NCBI GenBank assembly: GCA_002315915.1
Contig: DCIB01000002.1
Location: 20,752-84,751 of the forward strand
Reading direction: 5' to 3'
Origin: Bacillales bacterium UBA1737
GTDB lineage: Bacteria; Bacillota_I; Bacilli_A; ML615J-28; CAG-313
Length of the DNA: 64,000 bases
Part shown: positions 27,528-36,631 of the stretch, piece after piece
How positions within the stretch are numbered: the first letter of the stretch is position 1
How the letters are laid out: the number at the start of each line of letters is the position of its first letter
Notes under the pieces: generated by a model
Databases searched by the model: none
Told to the model about the DNA's origin: nothing
The model's input: the letters and a program-made list of their open reading frames with translations, nothing else
Position numbers and translations under genes: made by a program

Positions 27528-28043
27528 ATGGTAAAAGAAGACGTAAATATTAAATATTTTCAATCATTTTGGATTGAACAACAAAAAAATGCAAAACACA
27601 TGGATCAAGATAAAGTTTTAGAACATATTACTAACTTTATTAATAATCATAATACATGTGCTCTTGCAACAGGAGTTGATTCGTATATTAGAAATACTCC
27701 TATTGAATATACATTTATGGATGGAGATTTCTATTTCTATTCAGAAGGTGGAAATAAATTTATTGGTTTAGAAAAAAATGATAATGTTAGTATAGCAATA
27801 TTTGAATACTATGGTGACCGTTTTAATTCTCATGGATTACAAGTTATGGGAAAAGCTGAAGTTTATCCACCTAGATGTGAATTATTTAAAAAAGTATTAG
27901 AATTCAAAGGAATTCCATATGACGTAATGAAAGCAGCTAAAGTAGATGTTGCATTAATAAAAGTAACACCCGTAGAATATGAAATGTATGATACAGATTT
28001 TGTAAAAGCTGGCTATGATGTACGTCAAATTATAAAGTTTTAA
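27528..28043 (+). CDS. Pyridoxamine-5'-phosphate-oxidase-like split-barrel flavoprotein
   Basis: NTCALATGVDSYIRNTPIEY...VSIAIFE...GLQVMGKAEV pattern of the FMN-binding split barrel. 171 aa. Confidence 0.65.
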   Translation: MVKEDVNIKYFQSFWIEQQKNAKHMDQDKVLEHITNFINNHNTCALATGVDSYIRNTPIEYTFMDGDFYFYSEGGNKFIGLEKNDNVSIAIFEYYGDRFNSHGLQVMGKAEVYPPRCELFKKVLEFKGIPYDVMKAAKVDVALIKVTPVEYEMYDTDFVKAGYDVRQIIKF

Positions 28044-28053
28044 TTAAAGAAAG

Positions 28054-28079
28054 TAGCAGAAGTATAAATACTTCTGCTA
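28054..28079 (+). terminator. Rho-independent terminator
   Basis: TAGCAGAAGTA (28054-28064) / TACTTCTGCTA (28069-28079), T-rich tail. Confidence 0.65.
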
Positions 28080-28096
28080 TTATTTGAAGGTGATTT

Positions 28097-28939
28097 ATGG
28101 CATATAAAATTTTAAGAAAAGAAATTTTAAATCCTACTGTTACTTTAATGGAAATAAATGCTCCATATGTAGCTAGAAAAGCACATGCTGGAGAATTTAT
28201 TATATTAAGAGTAGACGAAAAAGGAGAAAGAATTCCATTAACTATTGCTGATTATGATATTGATAAAGGAAGTGTAACTATTATATTTCAAATAGTAGGA
28301 CTTTCTACTTATAAATTAAATCAGTTAAATGAAGGTGATGAAGTTTTAGATTTTGTTGGACCACTTGGTAAACCTACTGATATTTTGAATGTTAAAAAAG
28401 CATTAGTTATAGGTGGAGGAGTAGGTGCAGCAATAGCGTATCCTATATGTAAAGCATTAAAACTTCAAGGATCTTATGTAGATGCAATAGTTGGGTTTAG
28501 ATCTAAAGATATAGTTATATTAGAAGATGAATTTAAAAATTCTTCAGATAATTTATATATTTATACAGATGATGGATCATATGGTAAAAAGGGTTTTGTT
28601 ACAAGTGATTTAAATGAACTATTAAAAAATAATTATGATGAAGTATTCGTAATAGGTTCATTAATGATGATGAAAAACGTTGTTAATGTAACTAAAGAAT
28701 ATGGAACTAAAACTACAGTATCAATGAATTCTATTATGATAGATGGAACTGGTATGTGTGGTGGATGTAAATTATATATTGATGGTAAGATGAAATTTGC
28801 TTGTGTAGATGGTCCTGATTTTGATGGATTTAAAGTTGATTTTGATTCAATGATATTAAAATCAAAGATGTATAAAGAAGTTGAACATCATAAATATGAA
28901 ACATATTGTAATTTAATGAAGGAGAAAGTAAATGGTTAA
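28097..28939 (+). CDS. nfnA: NfnA-type FAD/NAD(P)-binding subunit with 2Fe-2S cluster
   Basis: Ferredoxin-reductase-like fold (GEFIILRV, PLTIADYD). C-terminal cysteines GMCGGCKLYIDGKMKFACVDGP. Confidence 0.8.
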   Translation: MAYKILRKEILNPTVTLMEINAPYVARKAHAGEFIILRVDEKGERIPLTIADYDIDKGSVTIIFQIVGLSTYKLNQLNEGDEVLDFVGPLGKPTDILNVKKALVIGGGVGAAIAYPICKALKLQGSYVDAIVGFRSKDIVILEDEFKNSSDNLYIYTDDGSYGKKGFVTSDLNELLKNNYDEVFVIGSLMMMKNVVNVTKEYGTKTTVSMNSIMIDGTGMCGGCKLYIDGKMKFACVDGPDFDGFKVDFDSMILKSKMYKEVEHHKYETYCNLMKEKVNG

Positions 28940-30275
28940 TATTAATCGTGTAGAAATGCCTTCATTAGATGCAAAGGTTAGACAAACTAATTTTAATGAA
29001 GTTGCAACTGGTTATACAAAAGAGGATGCTTTACTTGAAGCATCAAGATGTTTAAATTGTAAAAATCCATTATGTGTAAAAGGGTGTCCTGTAAATATTG
29101 ATATTCCTGGATTCATTTCATTATTAAAAGAAGATAATGTTAATGCAGCCTTAGCAAAAATTAAAGAACAATCTGCATTTCCTGGTATTTGTGGAAGAGT
29201 TTGTCCACAAGAAAAACAATGTGAAGGTAAATGTGTAAGAGGAATTAAAGGTGAAAGTGTTGCAATAGGAAGACTTGAAAGATATGTTGCAGATAATGGA
29301 ACTATCTTAGAAGAACCTCTTATTACAAAGAATAATAAGAGTGTTGCTGTTGTAGGTAGTGGACCAGCAGGTCTTGCATTTGCCGGTGAAGCATTAAATA
29401 AGGGATATGATGTTACTATTTATGAAGCACTACATTGTAGTGGTGGTGTTTTAGTATATGGTATTCCAGAATTTAGATTACCTAAATCTATTGTTAAAAA
29501 AGAAATTGATTCTTTAGTTAAAAAAGGTGCTAAAATTATTAATAATGTACTTGTTGGTAAATCTATTTCATTAGAAGAATTAAAGAAAAATAATGATTAT
29601 GTATTCTTAGGACTAGGAGCTGGTGTTCCTAGATTTATGAATATACCTGGTGAAAACTTAAATGGTGTACAATCAGCTAATGAATTCTTAACAAGAGTTA
29701 ATCTAATGAAAGCATATATTGAAGAATATGATACACCAATTAAACATATGAATAATGTAGTTGTAGTTGGTGGAGGGAATGTTGCTATGGACGCAGCACG
29801 TTGTGCTAAACGTCTAGGAGCCAATGTTTCTTTAGTATATAGAAGAAGTTTAGATGAAATGCCAGCACGTCTTGAAGAAGTTCATCATGCTATGGAAGAA
29901 GATATTAATTTCTTAACATTAACTAACCCTATTTGTATTAATGGTAATGAAGAAGGCAATGTTGTAAGCGTTACTTGTAATACAATGGAATTAGGAGAAC
30001 CTGATGCATCAGGTAGAAGAAGCCCAATTGTTAAAGAAGGTTGTGATGTAACTATTAACTGTGATACAGTTATTATGGCTATAGGAAATTATCCTAACCC
30101 TGTTATTAGAAACTCAACAGATATGATTAATTTCTCAGATAAAGGATTAATTATCGTAAATGAAGATAATGAAACTTCATATGAAGGAATATTTGCGGGT
30201 GGAGATATTACAACAGGAGCTGCAACTGTTATTCTTGCAATGGGAGCAGGTAAGAAAGCCGCATCTAAAATTTAA
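28932..30275 (+). CDS. nfnB: NfnB / GltD-like NADPH-dependent iron-sulfur flavoprotein
   Basis: CLNCKNPLCVKGCP and CGRVCPQEKQCEGKC clusters, GSGPAGLA and GGGNVAMDAAR dinucleotide motifs. 8-nt overlap with nfnA. Confidence 0.85.
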   Translation: MVNINRVEMPSLDAKVRQTNFNEVATGYTKEDALLEASRCLNCKNPLCVKGCPVNIDIPGFISLLKEDNVNAALAKIKEQSAFPGICGRVCPQEKQCEGKCVRGIKGESVAIGRLERYVADNGTILEEPLITKNNKSVAVVGSGPAGLAFAGEALNKGYDVTIYEALHCSGGVLVYGIPEFRLPKSIVKKEIDSLVKKGAKIINNVLVGKSISLEELKKNNDYVFLGLGAGVPRFMNIPGENLNGVQSANEFLTRVNLMKAYIEEYDTPIKHMNNVVVVGGGNVAMDAARCAKRLGANVSLVYRRSLDEMPARLEEVHHAMEEDINFLTLTNPICINGNEEGNVVSVTCNTMELGEPDASGRRSPIVKEGCDVTINCDTVIMAIGNYPNPVIRNSTDMINFSDKGLIIVNEDNETSYEGIFAGGDITTGAATVILAMGAGKKAASKI

Positions 30276-30281
30276 ATGAAT

Positions 30282-30316
30282 AAAAGCATAAATCCATCTG
30301 ATTTATGCTTTTTATT
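30282..30316 (+). terminator. Rho-independent terminator
   Basis: AAAAGCATAAAT (30282-30293) / ATTTATGCTTTT (30301-30312) plus T run. Confidence 0.75.
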
Positions 30317-30386
30317 TTGTTAATACGCTTTTAATATCTACAAAAATATGATATTATAATAATATATTATAGAAAGTATTATATAT

Positions 30387-31316
30387 ATGAATATTAATAA
30401 ACGAAATTTATTAACACAAATTAAAAATTTTGGTCTTATTCTAATAGGAACATTCATTCTTGCTTTTGGAACCGAAGTATTTATTAATCAATCTAGTTTA
30501 ATAATGGGAGGAATGAGTGGTGTTGCTATTATATTAGATTATATAATTCCGTCTCAAGAATCTAATTTTGAATTATATATTACTATATTAACTTGGTTTT
30601 TCTTTTTACTTAGTTTAATAGTAATAGGATGGGATTTTACAGTTAAAACACTTATTTCTGCAATATTCTACCCTATATTTATATATTTATGTTCATTTAT
30701 TATAGATAAAGATATCAACTTTTTAAATGGATTCTTTATTATAGAATCAGAATATAAAGAAATATTATCTTGTATATTTGGTGGAGCAATGGTTGGAGCA
30801 GGTTGTGCTATTGCACTTCTTGGAGGCGGATCTACTGGTGGAGTAGATGTTATTGCAACTATTTGCTGTAAATATAATAAAAAGTTAGTTGAAGCAAAAA
30901 TTATATTTTTACTTGATGCAACTATTGATTTAATAGGTATGTTTGTAATAAAAGATTTTGCATTATCACTTCTTGGTATTGCAGCTGCATTTATTTCATC
31001 AACAGTTATAGAAAAATTATTCTTAGGACCTAATACCTCTTTTATTGCAGAAGTAATTACTGAATACCCTGATGAAATTAATGCTGCTATTATTAATAAG
31101 TTAGATAGAACTACAACTATTATTCAAGTAGTTGGTGGATATTCTAAGAAGAATAAGACTATGTTATTAATTTCATTTACTATGAAAAATTATGAGAATT
31201 TTAGATATATATTAAAAGAAACTGATCCAAGAGCATTTGTTTTAATACATAAAGCTTATGAAATTACTGGAGAAGGTTGGACATACGAGTTAGCTCGTAA
31301 GAAAGAGGAAAAATAA
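30387..31316 (+). CDS. YitT-family membrane protein with C-terminal DUF2179-like domain
   Basis: GGMSGVAIIL and GGGSTGGVDV membrane motifs. C-terminal TTIIQVVGGYSKKNKTMLL...FVLIHKAYEITGEG. Confidence 0.8.
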   Translation: MNINKRNLLTQIKNFGLILIGTFILAFGTEVFINQSSLIMGGMSGVAIILDYIIPSQESNFELYITILTWFFFLLSLIVIGWDFTVKTLISAIFYPIFIYLCSFIIDKDINFLNGFFIIESEYKEILSCIFGGAMVGAGCAIALLGGGSTGGVDVIATICCKYNKKLVEAKIIFLLDATIDLIGMFVIKDFALSLLGIAAAFISSTVIEKLFLGPNTSFIAEVITEYPDEINAAIINKLDRTTTIIQVVGGYSKKNKTMLLISFTMKNYENFRYILKETDPRAFVLIHKAYEITGEGWTYELARKKEEK

Positions 31317-32470
31317 TGAAACAGATAACAATTAAAAATGATCGTAAAACATTACTTAGATCTAAATTAATGGTATTTTTATTAGTTGGATTTTGTTTAT
31401 ATTTATTTGTAAATCAAATTGTAACTTGTGTTAAAGGAAACATTGATGGATTAGAAGATGAGACAGTCACTATTAAAGAAACTAAATATGATGAATCTGC
31501 AACTTATTTTTATTTTACTGTTAATGAAAACAATAGTACATATTATTGTACAAATTTAAATGTAATGAAATATTTTGCAGATAATATATCATTAAATCTA
31601 ACTACTGATGTTTTAGATAATCCTGTAGGTAAACTTATTTATAAGATAGATTGTGTGTCATCACCTGATATGAATTATGATAATACTGAAGAATTCTTTG
31701 CTACAAACACAAGAACTATCATTATTGCATCAGTAATTATTGCTGGAATGATAGGATATCTTGCTTATGTATTAATTACAATATTTAAAAAACCACTTGA
31801 AGAAACATTTGATGCAATTGAATATCAATTAACTGCTAATCCTATTATTACTAATAAGATGTTACCAAAATCATGTAAAACCAGAAAAAAAGTTCAATTA
31901 TATAATGTTGTATGTGGAATATTATTAGGATCTATTATGTTAATCCTATTATTTAGTAATGCATTACAAACATATTTAGGTGAAAATTTTGCATTATTAG
32001 TATATATATATTTTGGAATATCACTTGTAGTAGGTGGATTACTAGTTATATTTAGACCTCAATTTGATTCAAAAGATTCATATCAATTTTCAAATGATTA
32101 TTTAAATTATTTAAATAATGGTGGAGGAGAATCATTTAATTTAGCTTATACGTTTACTAATGAAGGAATTAAATATTCATCTAATGGTGAAGATAAAATA
32201 TATCCATATGACAAACTAAATCTATATGTAACAGCATTATATGGAAAAGGATTCTTTGCGACAAACTTATTTATAGTATCTGACATTGAAGATTTAGGTG
32301 AAAAAGATTTAGATATAATTATTCCTTTAACTTATGAAGTATATACATCATTAAAAGATAATAATGTTAAAGTAAAAGGATTAGATGAATTATTACATAA
32401 TTTACAAAAAGAAATAACTAAATATTCTCCTTTTGCTAAAAAGGGTAAAGTTGTAAAATATAATAATTAA
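31316..32470 (+). CDS. Hypothetical membrane protein (4 predicted TM, soluble C-terminal domain)
   Basis: TAATG overlap with yitT-like gene. Hydrophobic segments near aa 18-35, 135-158, 195-215, 225-248. No family recognised. Confidence 0.5.
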   Translation: MKQITIKNDRKTLLRSKLMVFLLVGFCLYLFVNQIVTCVKGNIDGLEDETVTIKETKYDESATYFYFTVNENNSTYYCTNLNVMKYFADNISLNLTTDVLDNPVGKLIYKIDCVSSPDMNYDNTEEFFATNTRTIIIASVIIAGMIGYLAYVLITIFKKPLEETFDAIEYQLTANPIITNKMLPKSCKTRKKVQLYNVVCGILLGSIMLILLFSNALQTYLGENFALLVYIYFGISLVVGGLLVIFRPQFDSKDSYQFSNDYLNYLNNGGGESFNLAYTFTNEGIKYSSNGEDKIYPYDKLNLYVTALYGKGFFATNLFIVSDIEDLGEKDLDIIIPLTYEVYTSLKDNNVKVKGLDELLHNLQKEITKYSPFAKKGKVVKYNN

Positions 32471-32485
32471 AAAGGAAAATATAAT

Positions 32486-33328
32486 ATGAAAGAAACTCAA
32501 AAAAACATTGATTATTTAGCATATGGAGTACTTTTAGTATTCTTAAATATCACATTAACTGATTATCAAATATTAGTATCTACTATTGCTGGTGGAGTTC
32601 TTGTATACTTAGCTTGTACTAGCTTAGCAAAGCAATATAAAACAGATGGATTTAATAAAACAAAGATTGCATCAATTATTGTTATTGCATTTGGTGCTTT
32701 TATTAGTGCGTTAAATAACATTGTAGATTTATCGAATACAACAGCTGCTGCTAATGATTTAATTACTACTTTAGATAGTATTACTGAAGATAATGTAGAT
32801 TTATTATTTAGTTCATTAACTACATTTATGAATACATATGCATCATTCAAAAAAGAAATCATAATAAGTACAGTATTAGATATTTTACCTGATTTAGTAA
32901 TATGTATACTAATTTATTCATTAGGTAAATCAATAGTAATAGTTAAATGTAATGAAAAGAAAATTATTACTGAAGCAGTTGAATCATCTAAAAAAACATT
33001 TACTGCTGGAATTATTACTGCTTGTTTAACTTTAGTTATTTCTTTAGTTGTAATTGAATTTATGGCTAAATTTAATATTGTATATTCAGGCGGTGAAATA
33101 ACAGGACTTGATGCAAGTGCTATTACACTTGGTGGAATTTTAGGTATATTAGGTCTTGCTATAGGTATTACTGGTATTATTTGTTTTGTTAATATGGTCA
33201 AATTTATGGTTAGACTATTTAGATTAAGAAAGAATTATTTATCATTTGCAGATAGATATGATGATGAATTAAACAAAAGTGAAGAACCATCATCTGATTC
33301 AAATGATGATCAAGTATATTACAAATAG
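32486..33328 (+). CDS. Hypothetical polytopic membrane protein with acidic C-terminal tail
   Basis: Several hydrophobic helices. Tail SEEPSSDSNDDQVYYK. No family recognised. Confidence 0.5.
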   Translation: MKETQKNIDYLAYGVLLVFLNITLTDYQILVSTIAGGVLVYLACTSLAKQYKTDGFNKTKIASIIVIAFGAFISALNNIVDLSNTTAAANDLITTLDSITEDNVDLLFSSLTTFMNTYASFKKEIIISTVLDILPDLVICILIYSLGKSIVIVKCNEKKIITEAVESSKKTFTAGIITACLTLVISLVVIEFMAKFNIVYSGGEITGLDASAITLGGILGILGLAIGITGIICFVNMVKFMVRLFRLRKNYLSFADRYDDELNKSEEPSSDSNDDQVYYK

Positions 33329-34239
33329 TGAAAAAAATTAAAATAAATGAAATAACAGAAGGGGCAATATATATTGCCCTTTATGGTATTTTAGCCTTAC
33401 TTACTAGATATATATTTGTATCATTTGATTCCATTATTTATTATTTCTTCCCTTTACCAATGGCAATATATTCTATTAGAAAAGATTATAAACTAGGATT
33501 ATTAGTATTATTTGGTTCTGTATTAATTTCTTTTTTATTTGGAAATGTATTATATGTTATTGGATTAATACTTCCAAATATATTTGTAGGATATATATTT
33601 GGTTTAATGGAAAAGAAGTCTTCATTAAAAATAATAAATTATATTATTTGTTTTATATTATTACTTTTAAGTGATTTTTTATCTATATATCTATTTACTA
33701 ATGGTACTTATTTTGATGAAGCATTAATCATATTAAATAAAATATCATCAAGTATATCATCATTAAGTGAAGAAATGATAAATCAAATATTAACTATTTG
33801 TTCAACAATAGTTTTAATAATAGATTCAATCGTTAAAGAAATACTATTAATAATTCTATTTAATATCTTAATTATTAGATTAAAATTAAAAGATGATTTT
33901 GAATCTAAAATGAATCTTAAAATAATATATAATCCTATAATTAGTATTGTTTATATAATATTAACTATTCTTTGTATATATTTAACAGGATTATTAATAA
34001 CAGCTAATGCAACATTAATTAATATTTTGTTTACAATAATATTTACTATATGGTTTATAATGGGATTTTATATATTTTATCAATATTGTTTTATGTTAAG
34101 ATTAGAACTTAATCATTCGAAAGTATATATATTCTTAATTCTATTTATTATATCCATAGTATTATTTCCAATAGGTATTTTGATTGGACTAATATTAAAT
34201 GTAATATCATATAACTATGTTTTAAGAAGTTTAAAGTAG
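33328..34239 (+). CDS. Hypothetical polytopic membrane protein (possibly DUF2232/YybS-like)
   Basis: GTG start overlapping the upstream TAG by 1 nt. N-terminus ITEGAIYIALYGILALL...FPLPMAIYSIRKDYKLG is reminiscent of YbS-type/ECF-S-like proteins (weak). Confidence 0.4.
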   Translation: MKKIKINEITEGAIYIALYGILALLTRYIFVSFDSIIYYFFPLPMAIYSIRKDYKLGLLVLFGSVLISFLFGNVLYVIGLILPNIFVGYIFGLMEKKSSLKIINYIICFILLLLSDFLSIYLFTNGTYFDEALIILNKISSSISSLSEEMINQILTICSTIVLIIDSIVKEILLIILFNILIIRLKLKDDFESKMNLKIIYNPIISIVYIILTILCIYLTGLLITANATLINILFTIIFTIWFIMGFYIFYQYCFMLRLELNHSKVYIFLILFIISIVLFPIGILIGLILNVISYNYVLRSLK

Positions 34240-34266
34240 TGTATTTATAAAATACACTACTTTTTT
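34233..34266 (+). terminator. Rho-independent terminator
   Basis: AAAGTAGTGTATTT (34233-34246) / AAATACACTACTTT (34250-34263), 14-bp stem, T6 tail. Confidence 0.85.
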
Positions 34267-34301
34267 ATCGAGTCATATAATAATAAATCATTAATTTATT
34301 T

Positions 34302-34310
34302 TGATATAAT
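34302..34310 (+). promoter_or_regulatory. Extended -10 (TGaTATAAT)
   Basis: TG 34302-34303, TATAAT 34305-34310, 26 nt before ATG 34336. Confidence 0.4.
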
Positions 34311-34335
34311 ATATATATAAAGAAGGTAAACTTGT

Positions 34336-35232
34336 ATGAATGAAGTACTTGATTATTTTAAATCATTAGATTCTAATCCTTTTTACAAAAATAAAGTAAA
34401 ACTTATCCCATCTAAAGAAGAAATAAGAATTATTAGTAGTATTACTCCTTATTTATTTGAAGATTTAGATATCGATTTAATAAATGGTGATTATGTATTA
34501 GTATCAGAATCTATATCTGATGTTGATGCGGATTACATTATTAAAGATGGTAAAGTAAATAAAGTCAATAATCATATATATGAAACAGGTAATTGTTTTA
34601 TTAATAGTGGATTAAAAGTTGATGAATTAGTTAATGGTATTATAACTATTGAAGATGGTATATATTTAATTGATGGTAAAAAAACATGTGTAAGTGTACC
34701 ATTTATTAAAAATGATGAATATTGTAATAATGATTCATTAAATAAAGAAGGATTTAGTGTTACTGTTTTTGGTGATGATGTATATTTATCTAAAACATTT
34801 TATGATAAAAAATCTAAAATGATTTGTAATGAAGGATATAATAGTGCAGTAAAAATAAAAATTGTATTTGATATGAATACTAATTTCTTTTATCAAATGC
34901 AACTAGCAGCAAAACTAGCATTAAAATTAGTTAATTTTAATGGTTTATCTTGTGATGATGTAAAATCAAATTTATTCTTTAATGGATTGGTTGATCCAGT
35001 TAATTTACATAAGAATGATTTATGGTATTATTTTAAAGCTTTAGTTCAGGTTGAAGATGATATTACATATTATAAATCACTAGGATATGAAGTAGAACTT
35101 GAAACATCAAATAAATATATTAATAAAAATGGAACTATTGATAAGACCCCTCCAGTAAAGGGACTTGATTATACTATTAAAACATATATTAATGGTATTG
35201 ATGATTCATTATCATTTTTAAAATTAATTTAA
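34336..35232 (+). CDS. Hypothetical cytoplasmic protein co-transcribed with serS
   Basis: 298 aa, no TM, no recognised motif. 9-nt gap to serS. Confidence 0.5.
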   Translation: MNEVLDYFKSLDSNPFYKNKVKLIPSKEEIRIISSITPYLFEDLDIDLINGDYVLVSESISDVDADYIIKDGKVNKVNNHIYETGNCFINSGLKVDELVNGIITIEDGIYLIDGKKTCVSVPFIKNDEYCNNDSLNKEGFSVTVFGDDVYLSKTFYDKKSKMICNEGYNSAVKIKIVFDMNTNFFYQMQLAAKLALKLVNFNGLSCDDVKSNLFFNGLVDPVNLHKNDLWYYFKALVQVEDDITYYKSLGYEVELETSNKYINKNGTIDKTPPVKGLDYTIKTYINGIDDSLSFLKLI

Positions 35233-35241
35233 GGGGAAATT

Positions 35242-36528
35242 ATGTTAGATATTAAATTTATAAGAGACAATAAGGATATAGTAATACAAAATATTAAAAA
35301 TAAATTTCAAGATCATAAATTACATCTTGTAGATGAAGTATTAGATTTAGATGAAAAGATAAGAGCATTAAAACAAACTGGTGATGCACTACGTCAAGAA
35401 AGAAATGAATCTAGTCAAAAGATTGGCGCATTAATGCGTGATAAAAACATCGATGAGGCAAATCTTTTAAAAGTAAATGTATCAGCTATTAATACAAAAC
35501 TTGTAGATATAGAAGCAGAAGAACAAAAATTATCTGAAGAATTACGTTCTAAGATGCTTATAATTCCTAATATTATAGATAAAACTGTTCCTATTGGAAA
35601 AGATGATTCTGAAAATGTTGAAATTGAAAAATTTGGAGAACCAGTTGTTCCTGAATATGAAATACCTTATCATGCAGATATCTTAGATAAGATAATGGGT
35701 TTAGATAAAGAATCTGCTGGTAGAACATCTGGTAATGGATTCTATTATTTAATGGGTGATGCAGCTAGACTTCATTCTGCAATGTTATCTTATGCAAGAG
35801 ATTTTATGATATCTAAAGGATTTACATATTGCATTCCTCCGTTTATGATTCATTCTGATGTAGTAAATGGTGTTATGAGCTTTGAAGAAATGGGTGCTAT
35901 GATGTATAAAATAGAAGGTGAAGACCTTTATTTAATAGGTACATCAGAACATTCTATGATTGGTAAATTCAAAGGACAAATCATTAAAGAAGATAAATTA
36001 CCATTAACTCTTACATCATATTCTCCTTGTTTTAGAAAAGAAGTAGGTTCTCACGGATTAGAAGAACGTGGATTATATAGAGTTCATCAATTTGAAAAAC
36101 AAGAAATGGTTGTAATATGTAAACCAGAAGATTCATTTGAATGGTATAACAAAATGTGGAGTTATACAGTAGAATTCTTTAGAAATCTAGATGTACCTGT
36201 TAGAACACTTGAATGTTGCTCAGGAGATTTAGCTGATTTAAAAGTTAAATCATGTGATGTAGAAGCATGGAGTCCTCGTCAAAAGAAATATTTTGAAGTA
36301 GGATCTTGTTCAACACTTGGTGATGCACAAGCTAGAAGACTTGGTATTAAAGCAAAAGGTGAAAATGGAAATTATTTATGTCATACATTAAATAATACTG
36401 TTGTAGCTACACCTCGTGGATTAATAGCTGTTATTGAAAATAACTATCTTCCAGAAGGCTCTATAAAAATACCTGTAGCACTTAGACCTTATATGGCTGG
36501 ACAAGAAATTATCAAGCCTGCAAAATAA
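35242..36528 (+). CDS. serS: Seryl-tRNA synthetase
   Basis: MLDIKFIR N-terminal coiled-coil arm. Class II motifs FRKEVGSHGLEERGLYRVHQFEKQE and TLNNTVVATPR. Confidence 0.95.
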   Translation: MLDIKFIRDNKDIVIQNIKNKFQDHKLHLVDEVLDLDEKIRALKQTGDALRQERNESSQKIGALMRDKNIDEANLLKVNVSAINTKLVDIEAEEQKLSEELRSKMLIIPNIIDKTVPIGKDDSENVEIEKFGEPVVPEYEIPYHADILDKIMGLDKESAGRTSGNGFYYLMGDAARLHSAMLSYARDFMISKGFTYCIPPFMIHSDVVNGVMSFEEMGAMMYKIEGEDLYLIGTSEHSMIGKFKGQIIKEDKLPLTLTSYSPCFRKEVGSHGLEERGLYRVHQFEKQEMVVICKPEDSFEWYNKMWSYTVEFFRNLDVPVRTLECCSGDLADLKVKSCDVEAWSPRQKKYFEVGSCSTLGDAQARRLGIKAKGENGNYLCHTLNNTVVATPRGLIAVIENNYLPEGSIKIPVALRPYMAGQEIIKPAK

Positions 36529-36534
36529 AATATA

Positions 36535-36575
36535 AGCATACACTCCTCCAAAAGGATAAGTGTATGCTCTTTTAT
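36535..36575 (+). terminator. Rho-independent terminator
   Basis: AGCATACACT (36535-36544) / AGTGTATGCT (36559-36568), then CTTTTATTTT. Confidence 0.65.
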
Positions 36576-36576
36576 T

Positions 36577-36605
36577 TTGAAGAAATACCCTAAATATTGT
36601 ATAAT
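36577..36605 (+). promoter_or_regulatory. Sigma-A-type promoter
   Basis: TTGAAG (36577-36582), 17-nt spacer, TATAAT (36600-36605). Confidence 0.5.
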
Positions 36606-36631
36606 AACATATATATATAATAGGTATAAAT

